Source of the DNA: Phormidesmis sp.
GTDB lineage: Bacteria > Cyanobacteriota > Cyanobacteriia > Leptolyngbyales > Leptolyngbyaceae
NCBI GenBank assembly: GCA_965248535.1
Contig: CBDFJR010000002.1
Location: 480,001 to 544,000, forward strand
Direction of reading: 5' to 3'
DNA: 64,000 bases
Shown: positions 30,138-40,975 of the stretch, in pieces
Layout of the letters: each line of letters opens with the position of its first letter
Numbering within the stretch: position 1 is the stretch's first letter
Position numbers and translations under genes: made by a program
The notes under the pieces: model-generated
Told to the model about the DNA's origin: nothing
Database searches by the model: none
What the model saw: the letters and a program-made list of their open reading frames with translations, nothing else

Positions 30138-31820
30138 CTAACTACCCGGTTTAAAAATCGTTGTACGGGAAATATACCAGGTTAACGTTGCTCCTGCGAT
30201 CGTCAGGGCCGACAGGGCCAAAAACACGACTCGCAAGCCAAATAAGGTCTCAGACACCCCCGCCAGCACGAGGGGCAAACTCAAGGCAATGTTAATCGCA
30301 TTATTTTGCAACCCAAACACTTTACCGCGCATAGCTTCTGGCGTTTCTTGCTGAATGGTTGTCTGCATGGGGATGCCCACTAAAGAGGCAAACGCGCCCA
30401 GCGTCGCAATCAGCAGCAGCGAAGCCCAGAGATGCTGATAGAAAAACGCCAGTCCGATCAGCGAGGCTGACATCCCGATCGAGCCATATAGCCCCAGTCG
30501 AGCGTGGGCAAAGCGCTGCCCAAAGGTGCCCAGCACAGCGGCCCCCGCGGCCATGCCGACTCCGCCCGCCGCCAGCAAAAAGCCAAACTGAGAAGATTTG
30601 ATTTCTGGAATCACTTCCGCTAGCCGCACCGCTAACACCGCCAGCGCCGCGAAGATCGAAAACAAAATCACTAGCTGAATCAGCGCACTGCGAACGTGGG
30701 CCTCTTTGCCCAAATAGCGCAAGCCATCTTTAATGTCTTCCCAGACGTGGGGTGGCTCTTCGGCGGGCACCTCAACGCCATTGAGAACCACCGTTTTGGA
30801 TTTTTCTCCTGTCTTGAGAACAATCAGCAGCAGTCCGGCGATCGCATAGCCGCCCCCTACCAGCACTTCTTTGCCCACATCGGCAAAGCCCCCCAGTTGG
30901 CTAAACAGGGTGTCTGCCAGCGCTAAAAGCGGCTCACCGACGGCAAACCCAATAATCACCGAGGCCATCATCGTCGTGGTGTAGAGCGAGTTGGCTGACA
31001 GCAGATGCCGCCGCTCGACGATTAACGGAATCGCAGACTGCTCCGCTGGTGCAAAAAACTGAGTCAGGGTTGACACCAAAAACGTGATGCCCAACATTAA
31101 GCCAAAGCCGACGGGCAGGTTTTTCACGGTTGTCCAGTCTTTTGAGATCCACAGCAGGGGGGGCAACACAAACACCAGTGCGCCCCGCAGCAGATTAGTC
31201 GCAACTAGGACTGTTTTTTTAGACCAGCGATCGACAAACACCCCGGCCACTGAGCCAAACAGCACCGCCGGAATGGTGAAGGCAATCATGATCGACGACA
31301 CCCAGCCGCTAATAGTCTGACCTTCTGCCTGAAAGCGGCTCTCGATCAGGGCAATCATCAGCACCAAATAGACTTTATCGGAGAGTTGAGAAAAAACCTG
31401 CCCGGCCCACAGCGTCAAAAAGTTACGGTTTTTGAGCACGGGCGCAAACCCCCGCTCATCTGGCTCGTCATCGCCCGGTGGCTCAGGAGTTTCGTGAACC
31501 GGAGCTTCGTTAGATGGCTCTGGGGCAGGCAGCAGCCCCCCGATCGTGTCGCTTGACAGATGCTTGCCTGACCCATTGACGGTGTTATCTGACACATCTG
31601 GCTTAATCGACCCAGGTTGACTAGCCCCGTTGAAATCATCTGCTGGCGTTTCTTCGGTTCTGAGCATGGCTAAACTTCTCTCTTGACTTATACGATCGCG
31701 CTCAAACTCGATTCCTTCGACCCCACTGCGCCAAGGGTCGGGGACGGGCGGATAGGGGCGAGGGTCAGGGTGGTGGGGAGAAGACATCAGCACGTAATCA
31801 GATAGATGAGATCGCATCAT
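30138..31820 (-). CDS. MFS transporter
   Basis: NRNFL.LW.GQ, AGVFVDRW, many TM helices; disordered N-terminus so start uncertain. Confidence 0.85.
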   Translation of the reverse strand: MMRSHLSDYVLMSSPHHPDPRPYPPVPDPWRSGVEGIEFERDRISQERSLAMLRTEETPADDFNGASQPGSIKPDVSDNTVNGSGKHLSSDTIGGLLPAPEPSNEAPVHETPEPPGDDEPDERGFAPVLKNRNFLTLWAGQVFSQLSDKVYLVLMIALIESRFQAEGQTISGWVSSIMIAFTIPAVLFGSVAGVFVDRWSKKTVLVATNLLRGALVFVLPPLLWISKDWTTVKNLPVGFGLMLGITFLVSTLTQFFAPAEQSAIPLIVERRHLLSANSLYTTTMMASVIIGFAVGEPLLALADTLFSQLGGFADVGKEVLVGGGYAIAGLLLIVLKTGEKSKTVVLNGVEVPAEEPPHVWEDIKDGLRYLGKEAHVRSALIQLVILFSIFAALAVLAVRLAEVIPEIKSSQFGFLLAAGGVGMAAGAAVLGTFGQRFAHARLGLYGSIGMSASLIGLAFFYQHLWASLLLIATLGAFASLVGIPMQTTIQQETPEAMRGKVFGLQNNAINIALSLPLVLAGVSETLFGLRVVFLALSALTIAGATLTWYISRTTIFKPGS

Positions 31821-31822
31821 GG

Positions 31823-32680
31823 TTAAGCAGACGGTTCAGCGAAGAGGGCAGGAGCAAAGCAGCTATCAATCAAGACCGCAGAGCGAATGGGCTGATCGAA
31901 GTGATAGTGGGCATAGTGGCGCAGCAGACGCTCGATCGCAAACCAAGCTTCCTCTGTGGTGGCTGCGTTGGGGGGGAGGTCGGGGGCGGCGAGTTCTTGC
32001 AGCAGAGAAAGCTCGATCGCGCCAATGGGCGTGTTGAGGCGGTCTTTTTTGGCGTGGCGAGAAGGAATATAGTTGCCCGTGCCTTTGCCACCGTCTTGAA
32101 TCTGAAGCTGCTCTAAGGTGTCTAGAGTGACGGCCCCGCCGCCCGCCGTGCTGAACCCAGCTTGCCAGGTTGGGCTGTCTAAATCAGGCGTGAGCAGGGT
32201 CTGAGTCACGCAGCACTGATGCACCTGAGGCGCAATGCCTGCTAAGACTAATAGCTGAAAAACTCCGTGGCAGAGATGGGCTAACACTTCAGAGGAGGGG
32301 GATCGCTCTAACCGCGCTAAATGCTCATTGAGCAGATAGAACAGGTCATCTTGAGGCTGATCGCTAAGGGCCTGTTGCAGGGTCAACTCGGCCAGATATT
32401 GCCCGGCGGTGAGCTTTTTGAGATTGCCGCCCAGTTTAGGATGAGACTCTAAGGTTTCTGCTTGGGTGATTTTGTCGAGCGATCGCCCCTTAGCAATCAG
32501 CAGATCGTTAACCACAAACAATCCACTCCGACCGCCTAGTTTAGAATTTTGCTTGCGAGCACCGACCGCAACCGCCCGAATCAGGCCAAACTCCCGCGTC
32601 AGGACGGTTAGAAGGCGATCTGCCTCCCCAAACGGGATGCTTTTGAGGTTGATTCCGATCGCTTTATAGGTTCGACTCAT
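31823..32680 (-). CDS. recO: DNA repair protein RecO
   Basis: GEADRLLTVLT.EFGLIRAVA.GARK, GRSLD. Confidence 0.92.
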   Translation of the reverse strand: MSRTYKAIGINLKSIPFGEADRLLTVLTREFGLIRAVAVGARKQNSKLGGRSGLFVVNDLLIAKGRSLDKITQAETLESHPKLGGNLKKLTAGQYLAELTLQQALSDQPQDDLFYLLNEHLARLERSPSSEVLAHLCHGVFQLLVLAGIAPQVHQCCVTQTLLTPDLDSPTWQAGFSTAGGGAVTLDTLEQLQIQDGGKGTGNYIPSRHAKKDRLNTPIGAIELSLLQELAAPDLPPNAATTEEAWFAIERLLRHYAHYHFDQPIRSAVLIDSCFAPALFAEPSA

Positions 32681-32719
32681 CGATTCTTAGCTCTCCAAGG
32701 GGCGGGTCGAAGCCCTTTC

Positions 32720-33442
32720 TTATTGGTCTTTATCTAGGTTATCGCGCTGACGAATCAAATCGGGGCCGCGAGAAGTGCCGAGCCGAGTTGCGCCAGCCAA
32801 AACTAATTCTAGAGCCTGATCTACCGTGCGAATTCCACCCGAAGCCTTAATTCCGACCCGATCGTTGGCGATATCTTTGAGCAATCGCACATCGGCGATC
32901 GTGGCTCCTCCATTCCAGCCTGTGCTGGTTTTGAGAAAACTTGCGCCTGCATCCATGCAAATCTCGGCAGCGATGCGCTTTTCTGGCTCGGTTAGCAGCG
33001 ACATTTCTAAAATCGCTTTGATCACTAGCCCGGTTGCGTCTCTGATCTCCGCTAGTTCTCGATGCACGGCTTCGATGTTTCCAGCTTTGAGCCAGCCTAA
33101 ATTAATCACCACATCTAGCTCTTCGGCTCCATTTTCGGTAGCTTCTTGCGCCTCGTGCAGCTTGACGCTTGAGGTGGTTGCCCCTAGGGGAAAGCCAATC
33201 ACCGTGCAGACTTTGGGGCGTTTGTTGTGCAGATATTCGGCTGCCTGCCGAACGTGGATGGGATTGATGCACACCGCCGCAAAATTAAAGCGATCGGCAT
33301 CGTCACACCATTGCTCAACCTGCTCAGGGGTAGCAATCGGACTCAGCAAAGCGTGGTCAATAAACGGTGCCAAATCGATTTCGCGATGAGTTGCAGCCAC
33401 TGGGTCTCCTCTGGGCAATGTGCGCGATCGCTCATCTTTCAC
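32720..33442 (-). CDS. deoC: Deoxyribose-phosphate aldolase
   Basis: [26 protein letters not shown]. Confidence 0.93.
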   Translation of the reverse strand: MKDERSRTLPRGDPVAATHREIDLAPFIDHALLSPIATPEQVEQWCDDADRFNFAAVCINPIHVRQAAEYLHNKRPKVCTVIGFPLGATTSSVKLHEAQEATENGAEELDVVINLGWLKAGNIEAVHRELAEIRDATGLVIKAILEMSLLTEPEKRIAAEICMDAGASFLKTSTGWNGGATIADVRLLKDIANDRVGIKASGGIRTVDQALELVLAGATRLGTSRGPDLIRQRDNLDKDQ

Positions 33443-33508
33443 TATCTATTAAAAAGCGACCGATGCTCCGCTTTCTCTCAGGTGTCTTGATCGTGGTTCC
33501 CAAAATAG

Positions 33509-33551
33509 AGTCCGCTCTTTGGGGGTTGTGCATCCCGACAAAGAGCGGACT
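33509..33551 (-). terminator. Hairpin after the small secreted peptide gene
   Basis: 13-bp perfect stem AGTCCGCTCTTTG/CAAAGAGCGGACT followed by CTATTTT on the minus strand. Confidence 0.55.
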
Positions 33552-33618
33552 GTTAGACGACTTGCCTGGGTACGATCGTGTGATTACGTAGACGCTGATG
33601 ATTTTGAGGGTTGAGTGT

Positions 33619-33885
33619 TTAACGAGTTCCTGTTCCACCTGTGCTGTGGGGGGCTGGGTTAGGCTCTGGGTGAAACTCGGCCGTATTAGATAAGGTCGCC
33701 TCGTCTGAAGATCGCACCCCTCTGTTACCTTCTATAAAGTTGGGTTTTAACTCTGAAGCAGGATGAAAGCTTTGAGTAAAATTACTGACGCTTTGACTGT
33801 AACCATAGACCCCGATCGCTCCCAGCAGCACTAGCCCGGTCGCGATCGTCATTTTGATAGCAAGGCTTGAAAAGGTATTTATCAT
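33619..33885 (-). CDS. Small secreted peptide precursor-like protein
   Basis: Hydrophobic N-terminus and Pro-rich C-terminus PEPNPAPHSTGGTGTR; own hairpin downstream. Confidence 0.55.
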   Translation of the reverse strand: MINTFSSLAIKMTIATGLVLLGAIGVYGYSQSVSNFTQSFHPASELKPNFIEGNRGVRSSDEATLSNTAEFHPEPNPAPHSTGGTGTR

Positions 33886-34835
33886 TTAAATCACCTGGAA
33901 TAGAGCAGCAAGCGAATAAATCTCGTAACTTATCTTAAAGAAGGTTGCTAGTAATATTACGGGGGCTTTACGAAGATTTACTGACCTTACAAATACGCAA
34001 CTTAATACTACTGGTATTTATACGCAAAAAACAGTCTTTTGGAAAGGTTTCAAAGGGCTAGAACCCCTCAGCCTTCGCCTCAGCTTGTGGTTTCAACCCG
34101 TAGTTATCCCCCTCTTGACGAGAAAATTTATGGAAATACATCGTACTATACAAATAGACATATATGTTTTCAAAACTTCAGACACTGCTAATATAGTCTT
34201 TATACTTTCTTAAGAATGATCTTCACGCATTCTTAAGAAATCAGGGTTTCAACGGATCTTTGTCAGTATCAGTGGGACTACTCAGTTGAGAAGTGGCGAA
34301 GCAAAAGCAGTCCGAGGATCGCGCCTCCCCTGCCAGGGACAAAGCCAGAATCTGCCTCAACTCGGAGCGATCGCTTACAAAATCTGCCCAACGTTAGCGA
34401 GATTGCTGCGGATAGCAAGCATACTCCAGTGCGGTCAACTTAATTAAATCGGCTCTAGAACCTAGCGAAATCTCTCAATGGTTAGAGATCGGTTGTTCAG
34501 CGATCGCCACCGTTTTGTCGGTCTAACCCCGCGTCAGGTCGTGATTTTTGGCAACTGCTCCAGGGAATTTTGCCGAATTCCCATTCACCCCAGTTTGGAC
34601 TCTGCCAGCCCACTGCTTGGCGCTACATCGGCAGCGACTCCTTTTCCTGAGCAAACCCGGAATTGATCAGGGTTTTGCACCCTTTGCTGATCAATTGTTG
34701 AGATTTGGATCAGGATTTTGATCGCGAGAGCCTACTTTGTTAAGCTCTGTTTCAACTTAGCGAGACTCCTAGCAATCGAACCGAAGCTCCGTGATACCAT
34801 TCATTTCGTAGCTTTTAGAGAATGGGAGAAAACCT

Positions 34836-36059
34836 TTGGCACTAAGGGTTGCAGTGGTTGGTGGAGGTCCGGCTGGGTCGTCTGCGGCTGAGATCTTAGC
34901 AAAAGCGGGAATTGAAACGTTTCTGATCGAACGCAAATTAGATAACGTCAAACCCTGTGGTGGTGCGATTCCTCTCTGTATGGTGAGCGAGTTTGACTTG
35001 CCCGATCGCATCATCGATCGCAAGGTGCGAAAGATGAAAATGATCTCTCCTTCTAATGTAGAGGTCAACATCGGTGGCACGCTCAAAAATGACGAATATA
35101 TCGGGATGTGCCGTCGTGAAGTTTTAGACGGGTTTTTGCGCGATCGGGCGATTTCCTACGGTGCGGTGCTGATCAATGGCACGATGCACAAGCTAGAGAT
35201 TCCGACGAGCAGCAAAGGAGCCTACACGCTGCACTATGCCGATCACTCTGACGGCAGCCTAGAAGGAACTGCTAAAACGCTGCAAGTCGATCTCGTGATC
35301 GGCGCAGATGGCGCAAACTCTCGCGTTGCCAAAGCGATCGATGCGGGCGATTATCGCTATGCGATCGCCTTCCAAGAGCGGATTCGGCTCCCCGACGACA
35401 AAATGGCCTACTACGAAGATCTGGCCGAAATGTATGTCGGCGATGATGTCTCGACGGATTTTTACGCTTGGGTTTTCCCCAAATATGATCACGTCGCCGT
35501 TGGCACTGGCACCATGTCACCCAACAAAGCCGACATCAAAAAACTCCAGGCCGGAATTCGCGCCCGCGCAGCCGCCAAACTCCGCGGTGGCAAAATCATT
35601 CGGGTCGAAGCGCATCCCATCCCTGAGCATCCCAGACCTCGCCGCGTCGTCGGTCGGGTGGCCCTGGTTGGAGATGCGGCTGGAACCGTGACTAAATCAT
35701 CGGGTGAAGGCATTTATTTTGCGGCTAAGTCGGCGCGAATGTGTGCCGAAGCGATCGTAGAGTTTTCTGAAAACGGCAGCAAGATTCCGACTGAGGCAGA
35801 TCTCAAGGTCTACATCAAACGGTGGGATCGGCAATATGGCATCACCTATAAAGTGTTAGACATTTTGCAGACGGTTTTCTATCGCTCAGATGCCACGCGT
35901 GAAGCCTTTGTTGAGATGTGCTCTGATCTCGATGTGCAAAAGCTAACGTTTGATAGCTATCTCTATAAGACGGTGGTTCCGGCTAATCCTCTGGTGCAGC
36001 TAAAAATCACGGCTAAGACGATCGGCAGTCTGATTCGTGGCAATGCTCTAGCACCTTAA
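34836..36059 (+). CDS. chlP: Geranylgeranyl reductase
   Basis: VVGGGPAG, KPCGGAIP, GDAAG..SGEGIYFA; TTG start after GGGAG. Confidence 0.95.
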   Translation: MALRVAVVGGGPAGSSAAEILAKAGIETFLIERKLDNVKPCGGAIPLCMVSEFDLPDRIIDRKVRKMKMISPSNVEVNIGGTLKNDEYIGMCRREVLDGFLRDRAISYGAVLINGTMHKLEIPTSSKGAYTLHYADHSDGSLEGTAKTLQVDLVIGADGANSRVAKAIDAGDYRYAIAFQERIRLPDDKMAYYEDLAEMYVGDDVSTDFYAWVFPKYDHVAVGTGTMSPNKADIKKLQAGIRARAAAKLRGGKIIRVEAHPIPEHPRPRRVVGRVALVGDAAGTVTKSSGEGIYFAAKSARMCAEAIVEFSENGSKIPTEADLKVYIKRWDRQYGITYKVLDILQTVFYRSDATREAFVEMCSDLDVQKLTFDSYLYKTVVPANPLVQLKITAKTIGSLIRGNALAP

Positions 36060-36109
36060 CGCGGGATTGCGTTTTTTGTAAGCGATCGCTCCATGCTGCT
36101 TAACCCAGT

Positions 36110-37126
36110 GTGGGGCGATTGTTGTTTATGGATGATGCGATCATGATTTCTTCAGTCAGCATTCCAAAGATCATTCTCGACACTGATCCCGGTGGAGACG
36201 ATATTTTTGCGCTTTTGTGGGTGCAAAGTTTGGTCAATCAAGGGTTGGCAGACCTGATCGCTATCACGGCCACGGCGGGCAACGTCTCCGCTCACAAGAC
36301 GTTTTCTAATGTCAGTCAGATTCTCAACTTGGTGGGGTCAGCCCCGATCGAGGTCGGCCAAGGAGTCTCTCTCGATCGCGACGCTAGCGACGATGCGGCC
36401 CACATTCACGGCAGCGATGGCATGGGCAACTTATCAAAGACGCTGCCACCGCCAACCCACGACTATCAAACCGCCCGCTATGCCGATGAGATTTTGATCG
36501 ACAAACTCACGCTTATGCCGGGAGAAATCACGCTGGTGGCGATCGGGCCTCTCACCAACTTGGCCGCCGCCGAAAAAAAGAGTCCGGGCATTCTCAAAAG
36601 AGCTAAAGAAATTGTGATCATGGGTGGCGGATTCTTCTGTCCTGGCAATGTCACCCCCCAAGCAGAATTTAACATCTGGTTTAACGCCGAAGCTGCCGAT
36701 GTGGTGTTGTCCAGTCGCGATGATGTGGTGATCCTGCCCCTGGATGTTACGAGAAATCTGATTTTCACACGAGAAATGGTGCAGACGATCGCTCCCCTTT
36801 CTTCAGCCAACGACAAGACTATTTTCATCAATCGTCTTTGCGAGTTTATGATCACCACCGCGATCGCTTATCGAGAAACCAACGGAGTTTCAGGATTTTT
36901 AGTCCACGATGCGGCCACGATCGGCTATTTGTTCTACCCCGAAACGCTGTTGATCAGCAGAGCCAGAGTTTGCATTGAGACGCGGGGTGAATGGACTCGC
37001 GGACAAACGGTAATCGATCGCCGAGGCGGAGCTAAACAGAGTGCAAATGCTTGGGTCGCGATGCAGGTTGACTCAACAGGATTTTTTGCCCGATTTATTG
37101 AAGATTTAAAGACGCTAGTGAGATAG
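36110..37126 (+). CDS. Inosine/uridine-preferring nucleoside hydrolase family
   Basis: DTDPGGDD, HG.DG.G, GPLTNLA, AEFNI, HDA; start probably slightly downstream. Confidence 0.9.
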   Translation: MGRLLFMDDAIMISSVSIPKIILDTDPGGDDIFALLWVQSLVNQGLADLIAITATAGNVSAHKTFSNVSQILNLVGSAPIEVGQGVSLDRDASDDAAHIHGSDGMGNLSKTLPPPTHDYQTARYADEILIDKLTLMPGEITLVAIGPLTNLAAAEKKSPGILKRAKEIVIMGGGFFCPGNVTPQAEFNIWFNAEAADVVLSSRDDVVILPLDVTRNLIFTREMVQTIAPLSSANDKTIFINRLCEFMITTAIAYRETNGVSGFLVHDAATIGYLFYPETLLISRARVCIETRGEWTRGQTVIDRRGGAKQSANAWVAMQVDSTGFFARFIEDLKTLVR

Positions 37127-37176
37127 CGAGCAACACCTGCTCAAATCGAACTGTAAACTGAGAGAAAGTCAAGACA

Positions 37177-37440
37177 GTGATCAGGAAACTGAAAGCAATG
37201 GATGCAGTCACCTTACGCGCTCATTTCGACGGTCAAAAAATTTGTTTAGATGAACCGTTTGAAATGGAGTTAGACGCAGAACTGATTGTCATGGTGTTGC
37301 CAAAGCGATCGTTGAGCGAAGAGCGGGCAGATTGGGCCAGGTTCTCTCAGCAAAGTTTAGAGGCTGCCTACGGAGCAGATGAACCGGACTACTCACTAGG
37401 CCAAATTAAAACACCAAATCCTGAGTATGAAGAAGGGTGA
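37177..37440 (+). CDS. Small antitoxin-like hypothetical protein
   Basis: L.AHFDG..I.LDEP N-terminus, W..FS..SLE.AYG.DEPDY C-terminus; overlaps a toxin-like start. Confidence 0.55.
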   Translation: MIRKLKAMDAVTLRAHFDGQKICLDEPFEMELDAELIVMVLPKRSLSEERADWARFSQQSLEAAYGADEPDYSLGQIKTPNPEYEEG

Positions 37441-37519
37441 TGTCGTTTTAGCGCCCCTTCAGCAAGCTGATCTCGGAAACGTTTTTCTTAAAGATAAATG
37501 TCAAACATTGTTGTTTTGA
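37427..37519 (+). pseudogene. Truncated PemK/MazF-like toxin remnant
   Basis: MKKGDVVLAPLQQAD matches a PemK-type N-terminus, but the expected K.RP motif is absent and a stop follows after 30 aa. Confidence 0.5.
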
Positions 37520-37803
37520 TACATTTTCCAGCCTCCTCTAAACCAGCTTATATGATGAGGTTGATCAGACCCACTACCAGCATTTCAACTCAGGGTGATG
37601 TAGCTTTTGCAGATGGGGATTACCCAAACGGGTACTGTCAACGTTGGTTAAATGCTTGAGAATTATTGGTATCAGACTTTACTCCCTGAAATCGTCATCA
37701 CTGAATCGATTAATCCATAACCTTGTTCACGATCGAGGGATTGGGAACGCGAATGGTTCATCCATCAGCAGCAATTTGCTAATGGAGACTCAAGTGAAAA
37801 CTC

Positions 37804-38388
37804 ATGGCAAACCTGCAATCTATTCACGCCGTTGGTGAATCGCTGCGGAACTACTTGCGGAATACCTATCCGTCTAGTGCTTTCGCGGGTCTGCCAACCT
37901 TTGATATTCAACTAATCTCTAGCGGTGAGTTAGCCACCCGCGACGAGCCAACTAATACGCTGTCGCTGTTTCTGCATCGCGTCACGGTAAATGAGCACCT
38001 GCGAAGCAGCAGACTCAACCATTCAACTCAAATCGGCATCCCTTTGTCGGTCGATTTGCACTATCTGATGACCGTTTGGGCAGACAGCGCCCTAGCAGAA
38101 CACCTCGTTTTAGCCTGGGCAATGCGGCAGTTTCACACCCGCTCAATTTTAGATGCGTCTTCGCTCTCGCCCGAAGCTGGATGGCAGCCAGACGACACGA
38201 TTCAACTCATTCCCGTCGATTTGAGCAATGAGGATATTATGCGAATCTGGGATCGGTTAAAGCCGTCTTATCGCCTGAGTGTGGCTTATGTAGCCAGAGT
38301 TGTGAGCATTGAGGCTGATAGCCAAGAGGCAGGTCGCCCCGTGGTGGCAACGCGGTTTAATGTGGACGATCGAGAGGCGCTGCCATGA
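37804..38388 (+). CDS. eCIS cap/terminator protein (DUF4255 / Pvc16 / Afp16-like)
   Basis: LSLFLHRV..N.HLR, LSVDLHYL.T, IW......YR.SV.Y.ARVV.I. Confidence 0.85.
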   Translation: MANLQSIHAVGESLRNYLRNTYPSSAFAGLPTFDIQLISSGELATRDEPTNTLSLFLHRVTVNEHLRSSRLNHSTQIGIPLSVDLHYLMTVWADSALAEHLVLAWAMRQFHTRSILDASSLSPEAGWQPDDTIQLIPVDLSNEDIMRIWDRLKPSYRLSVAYVARVVSIEADSQEAGRPVVATRFNVDDREALP

Positions 38389-39179
38389 CGCTGGTTCAGG
38401 TCGATCGCCGAGTGTTAGGAGCCATTCAACTCGTCAATGCCACGACGGGAGCGCCGATTCAACGACGGTTGCAGGTGAGCGGGCGCAATGTGCACTTAGT
38501 GTGGAATCGTGGCGGTTACGCGGTGATTTATGCCGCAGACGGGCTGCAAGCCTATAGCGAAAGCTTTCTAGCACCTGCAAGTCCGGCTTTGGCAACGGTA
38601 TCTATTCAAGTGAGCGTCATCGACCCCGAAGGACAGTATCTGCCTCGACAGGTGACGATCAAACTGCCTCGTGATTCTGATTCCACTAAAGCCACTGCTG
38701 TCGATTCTTTGTTTCAGCCGATTCGGGTTGCGGTGTATCGATCGCCTGCGGCTCAAGTGGCATCGGGTTGGGCGGTGATTCGGGCGACGGTGCTTGATAA
38801 AACCACCAGCCAGCGCCTACCGTGGGCATTGATTCGCGTCGTGCAATCCTCTCCGGCTAAGGTAACGCTTAGTTTAGCCGATTGGCGCGGTGAAGCATTA
38901 ATTAGCGTTTCTGGAATCCCAGTTACAACGCCTGGTGCAGGGGTGGGTGCCGTCTTAGTGAATGAGATTGATGTCACGTTAGAGATTGTTTTTAATCCAC
39001 TTTTAATAACCATTCCGATCGCGTCTGATCTATCGACGTTAACCGATCCCAATGCTGGCTATGTGCCCGATCCTGATGATTTAGACACTCGGCGGGCCAG
39101 CCTACGATCGGGCAGTCTTCCCTACAAACTCGCCTCTGGTCGCGATCGTGCAGACACGTTAGCCGTCACCTTGGCTTAA
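38385..39179 (+). CDS. eCIS-associated beta-rich protein (possible cap adaptor)
   Basis: ATGA coupling to the cap gene; carboxypeptidase-regulatory-like ADWRGEA segment. Confidence 0.55.
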   Translation: MTLVQVDRRVLGAIQLVNATTGAPIQRRLQVSGRNVHLVWNRGGYAVIYAADGLQAYSESFLAPASPALATVSIQVSVIDPEGQYLPRQVTIKLPRDSDSTKATAVDSLFQPIRVAVYRSPAAQVASGWAVIRATVLDKTTSQRLPWALIRVVQSSPAKVTLSLADWRGEALISVSGIPVTTPGAGVGAVLVNEIDVTLEIVFNPLLITIPIASDLSTLTDPNAGYVPDPDDLDTRRASLRSGSLPYKLASGRDRADTLAVTLA

Positions 39180-39206
39180 TTCCTCGTTTTTATAAGGAGA
39201 AACCCA

Positions 39207-40925
39207 GTGCCCGAATATTTAGCTCCCGGTGTGTATGTCGAAGAAACCAGCTTCCGCGCAAATTCCATCTCAGGCGCAGGAACCAGCACCACCGCGTTTG
39301 TAGGAACCACCCTCAAAGGCCCTGTTGGCGGCGTTCCAGAATTGATCACCAGCTTTGGTGAGTTTGAGCGCCTCTATGGTGGGTTAGACGACCTCAACGG
39401 CAAGACCAACTACATCGCCCATGCGGTGCGCGTTTTCTTCGACAACGGCGGCTCTCGTCTCTATGTCTCTCGCGTCGTCTCTGGCAGCGCAACGGCGGCT
39501 CAATCGGCTGATCTGCTCACTAGCGCGACGGATGAAGCGCGATTTGTGGCGCGGTTTAAGGGCGATGGTGGCAATGGCGAAGTCTTGCTCTATCAAAAAG
39601 AAACTCCTGTCAGCGTGGGCACGATCGCCAACGCCCCGTTAGGCAGTATTTTGCGAGTCAAAGCGGCTGACAGCAAATATTATCTCAAACAGGCCAATCT
39701 CAAAGCGGCAGGCGATTGGAAAGACTCGGCAGATGCTGCTTTGACCGATGCCATTTTAGGGACAAATCCCGCTCCTCAGCTAGATCTACTGACGCTGATG
39801 GTGGTGACTCGCGATCTCAGCGGCAGTGAAACCAGCTATGAAGACTTGGGATTTGATGCCAAACATCCCCGTTGGGTGGGCAGCGTTTTGTCTTCTCAGC
39901 CCAATCGTCGCACTGATGCGTTAACTAATCTCTTTGCAATTACCGTTACGCCCACTACTGTGACAGGTCTTGCGTTGCGCGAAGGATTATTTGCAGCGTC
40001 TATTCAACCGCAAAAAGTTTCTCTATCGGGTGGAACTAGTGGAGGCGATCCCGGCGTTGACGATTATAAAGCGGCGCTGAAACAGCTTGAATCATTAGAA
40101 GATATCTCGATCGTGGCCGCTCCGGGTCACTCAGCGTTAGCCGAGACGTTATTTCTAGGCATTCAGCAAGAGCTATTGACCTTTGTGTCTCGGCGACGGG
40201 CTTATCAAATTGCAGTGCTGGATACGCCACCCAATCAAAGCCTGAATGATGCGCGAACGGTGCGGAGTCGCCTCGATTCTTCCTATGCCGCTCTCTATTA
40301 TCCGTGGGTGGTCGTTGCCAATCCGCAAGCCCGATCGGGCAGTGCCGCCCTTGCCGAATTAACGCTGCCCCCGTCTGGTTTTCTGTGCGGCATCTATGGG
40401 CGCAATGACGTAGAGCGCGGTGTTTATAAAGCGCCTGCGAATGAGATCGTGCGCGGTGCAATTCGATTTGAGACGCAGATTAACTTTGCTCAACAAGAAG
40501 TTCTCAATCCTTTAGGGATTAACTGTCTGCGGTTTTTCCCTGGTCGGGGCTATCGCGTTTGGGGTGCCCGCACGATCAGTTCTGACTCGAACTGGAAGTA
40601 TGTCAACATCCGCCGTTACTTTAATTATCTAGAATCGTCGATCGATCGCAGCACTCAAAATCTGGTGTTTGAGCCGAATGGCGAACGCCTCTGGGCAAAT
40701 GTCCGCGATACGATTTCGGCGTTTCTCTATAGCGAATGGGTGTCAGGCGCACTGCTCGGCAGCAGCTATCAAGAAGCCTATTTTGTGCGATGCGATCGCA
40801 GCACCATGACGCAGCAAGATCTCGACGAAGGCAGGCTGATTTGTCTGATCGGGGTAGCAGCGATTAAACCTGCTGAATTTGTGATCTTCCGCATTGGTCA
40901 AAAAACGGCTGATTCTCGCGGTTAA
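39207..40925 (+). CDS. Contractile tail sheath protein
   Basis: MPEYLAPGVYVEE, YAALYYPW, PPSG, KAPANE, LNPLGINCLR, WGART, KPAEFVIFRI; AAGGAG RBS with GTG start. Confidence 0.95.
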   Translation: MPEYLAPGVYVEETSFRANSISGAGTSTTAFVGTTLKGPVGGVPELITSFGEFERLYGGLDDLNGKTNYIAHAVRVFFDNGGSRLYVSRVVSGSATAAQSADLLTSATDEARFVARFKGDGGNGEVLLYQKETPVSVGTIANAPLGSILRVKAADSKYYLKQANLKAAGDWKDSADAALTDAILGTNPAPQLDLLTLMVVTRDLSGSETSYEDLGFDAKHPRWVGSVLSSQPNRRTDALTNLFAITVTPTTVTGLALREGLFAASIQPQKVSLSGGTSGGDPGVDDYKAALKQLESLEDISIVAAPGHSALAETLFLGIQQELLTFVSRRRAYQIAVLDTPPNQSLNDARTVRSRLDSSYAALYYPWVVVANPQARSGSAALAELTLPPSGFLCGIYGRNDVERGVYKAPANEIVRGAIRFETQINFAQQEVLNPLGINCLRFFPGRGYRVWGARTISSDSNWKYVNIRRYFNYLESSIDRSTQNLVFEPNGERLWANVRDTISAFLYSEWVSGALLGSSYQEAYFVRCDRSTMTQQDLDEGRLICLIGVAAIKPAEFVIFRIGQKTADSRG

Positions 40926-40975
40926 CGTTTGCTTTTTGAATGGACTGACCCTCGACATCCTTTGGAGAATTTCTT

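Noticed and set aside
32826..33389. 187-aa plus-strand ORF
   Set aside because: Antisense shadow of deoC
33886..34835. tRNA, riboswitch or known ncRNA in the long intergenic region
   Set aside because: No recognisable consensus by eye; an Rfam scan would be needed
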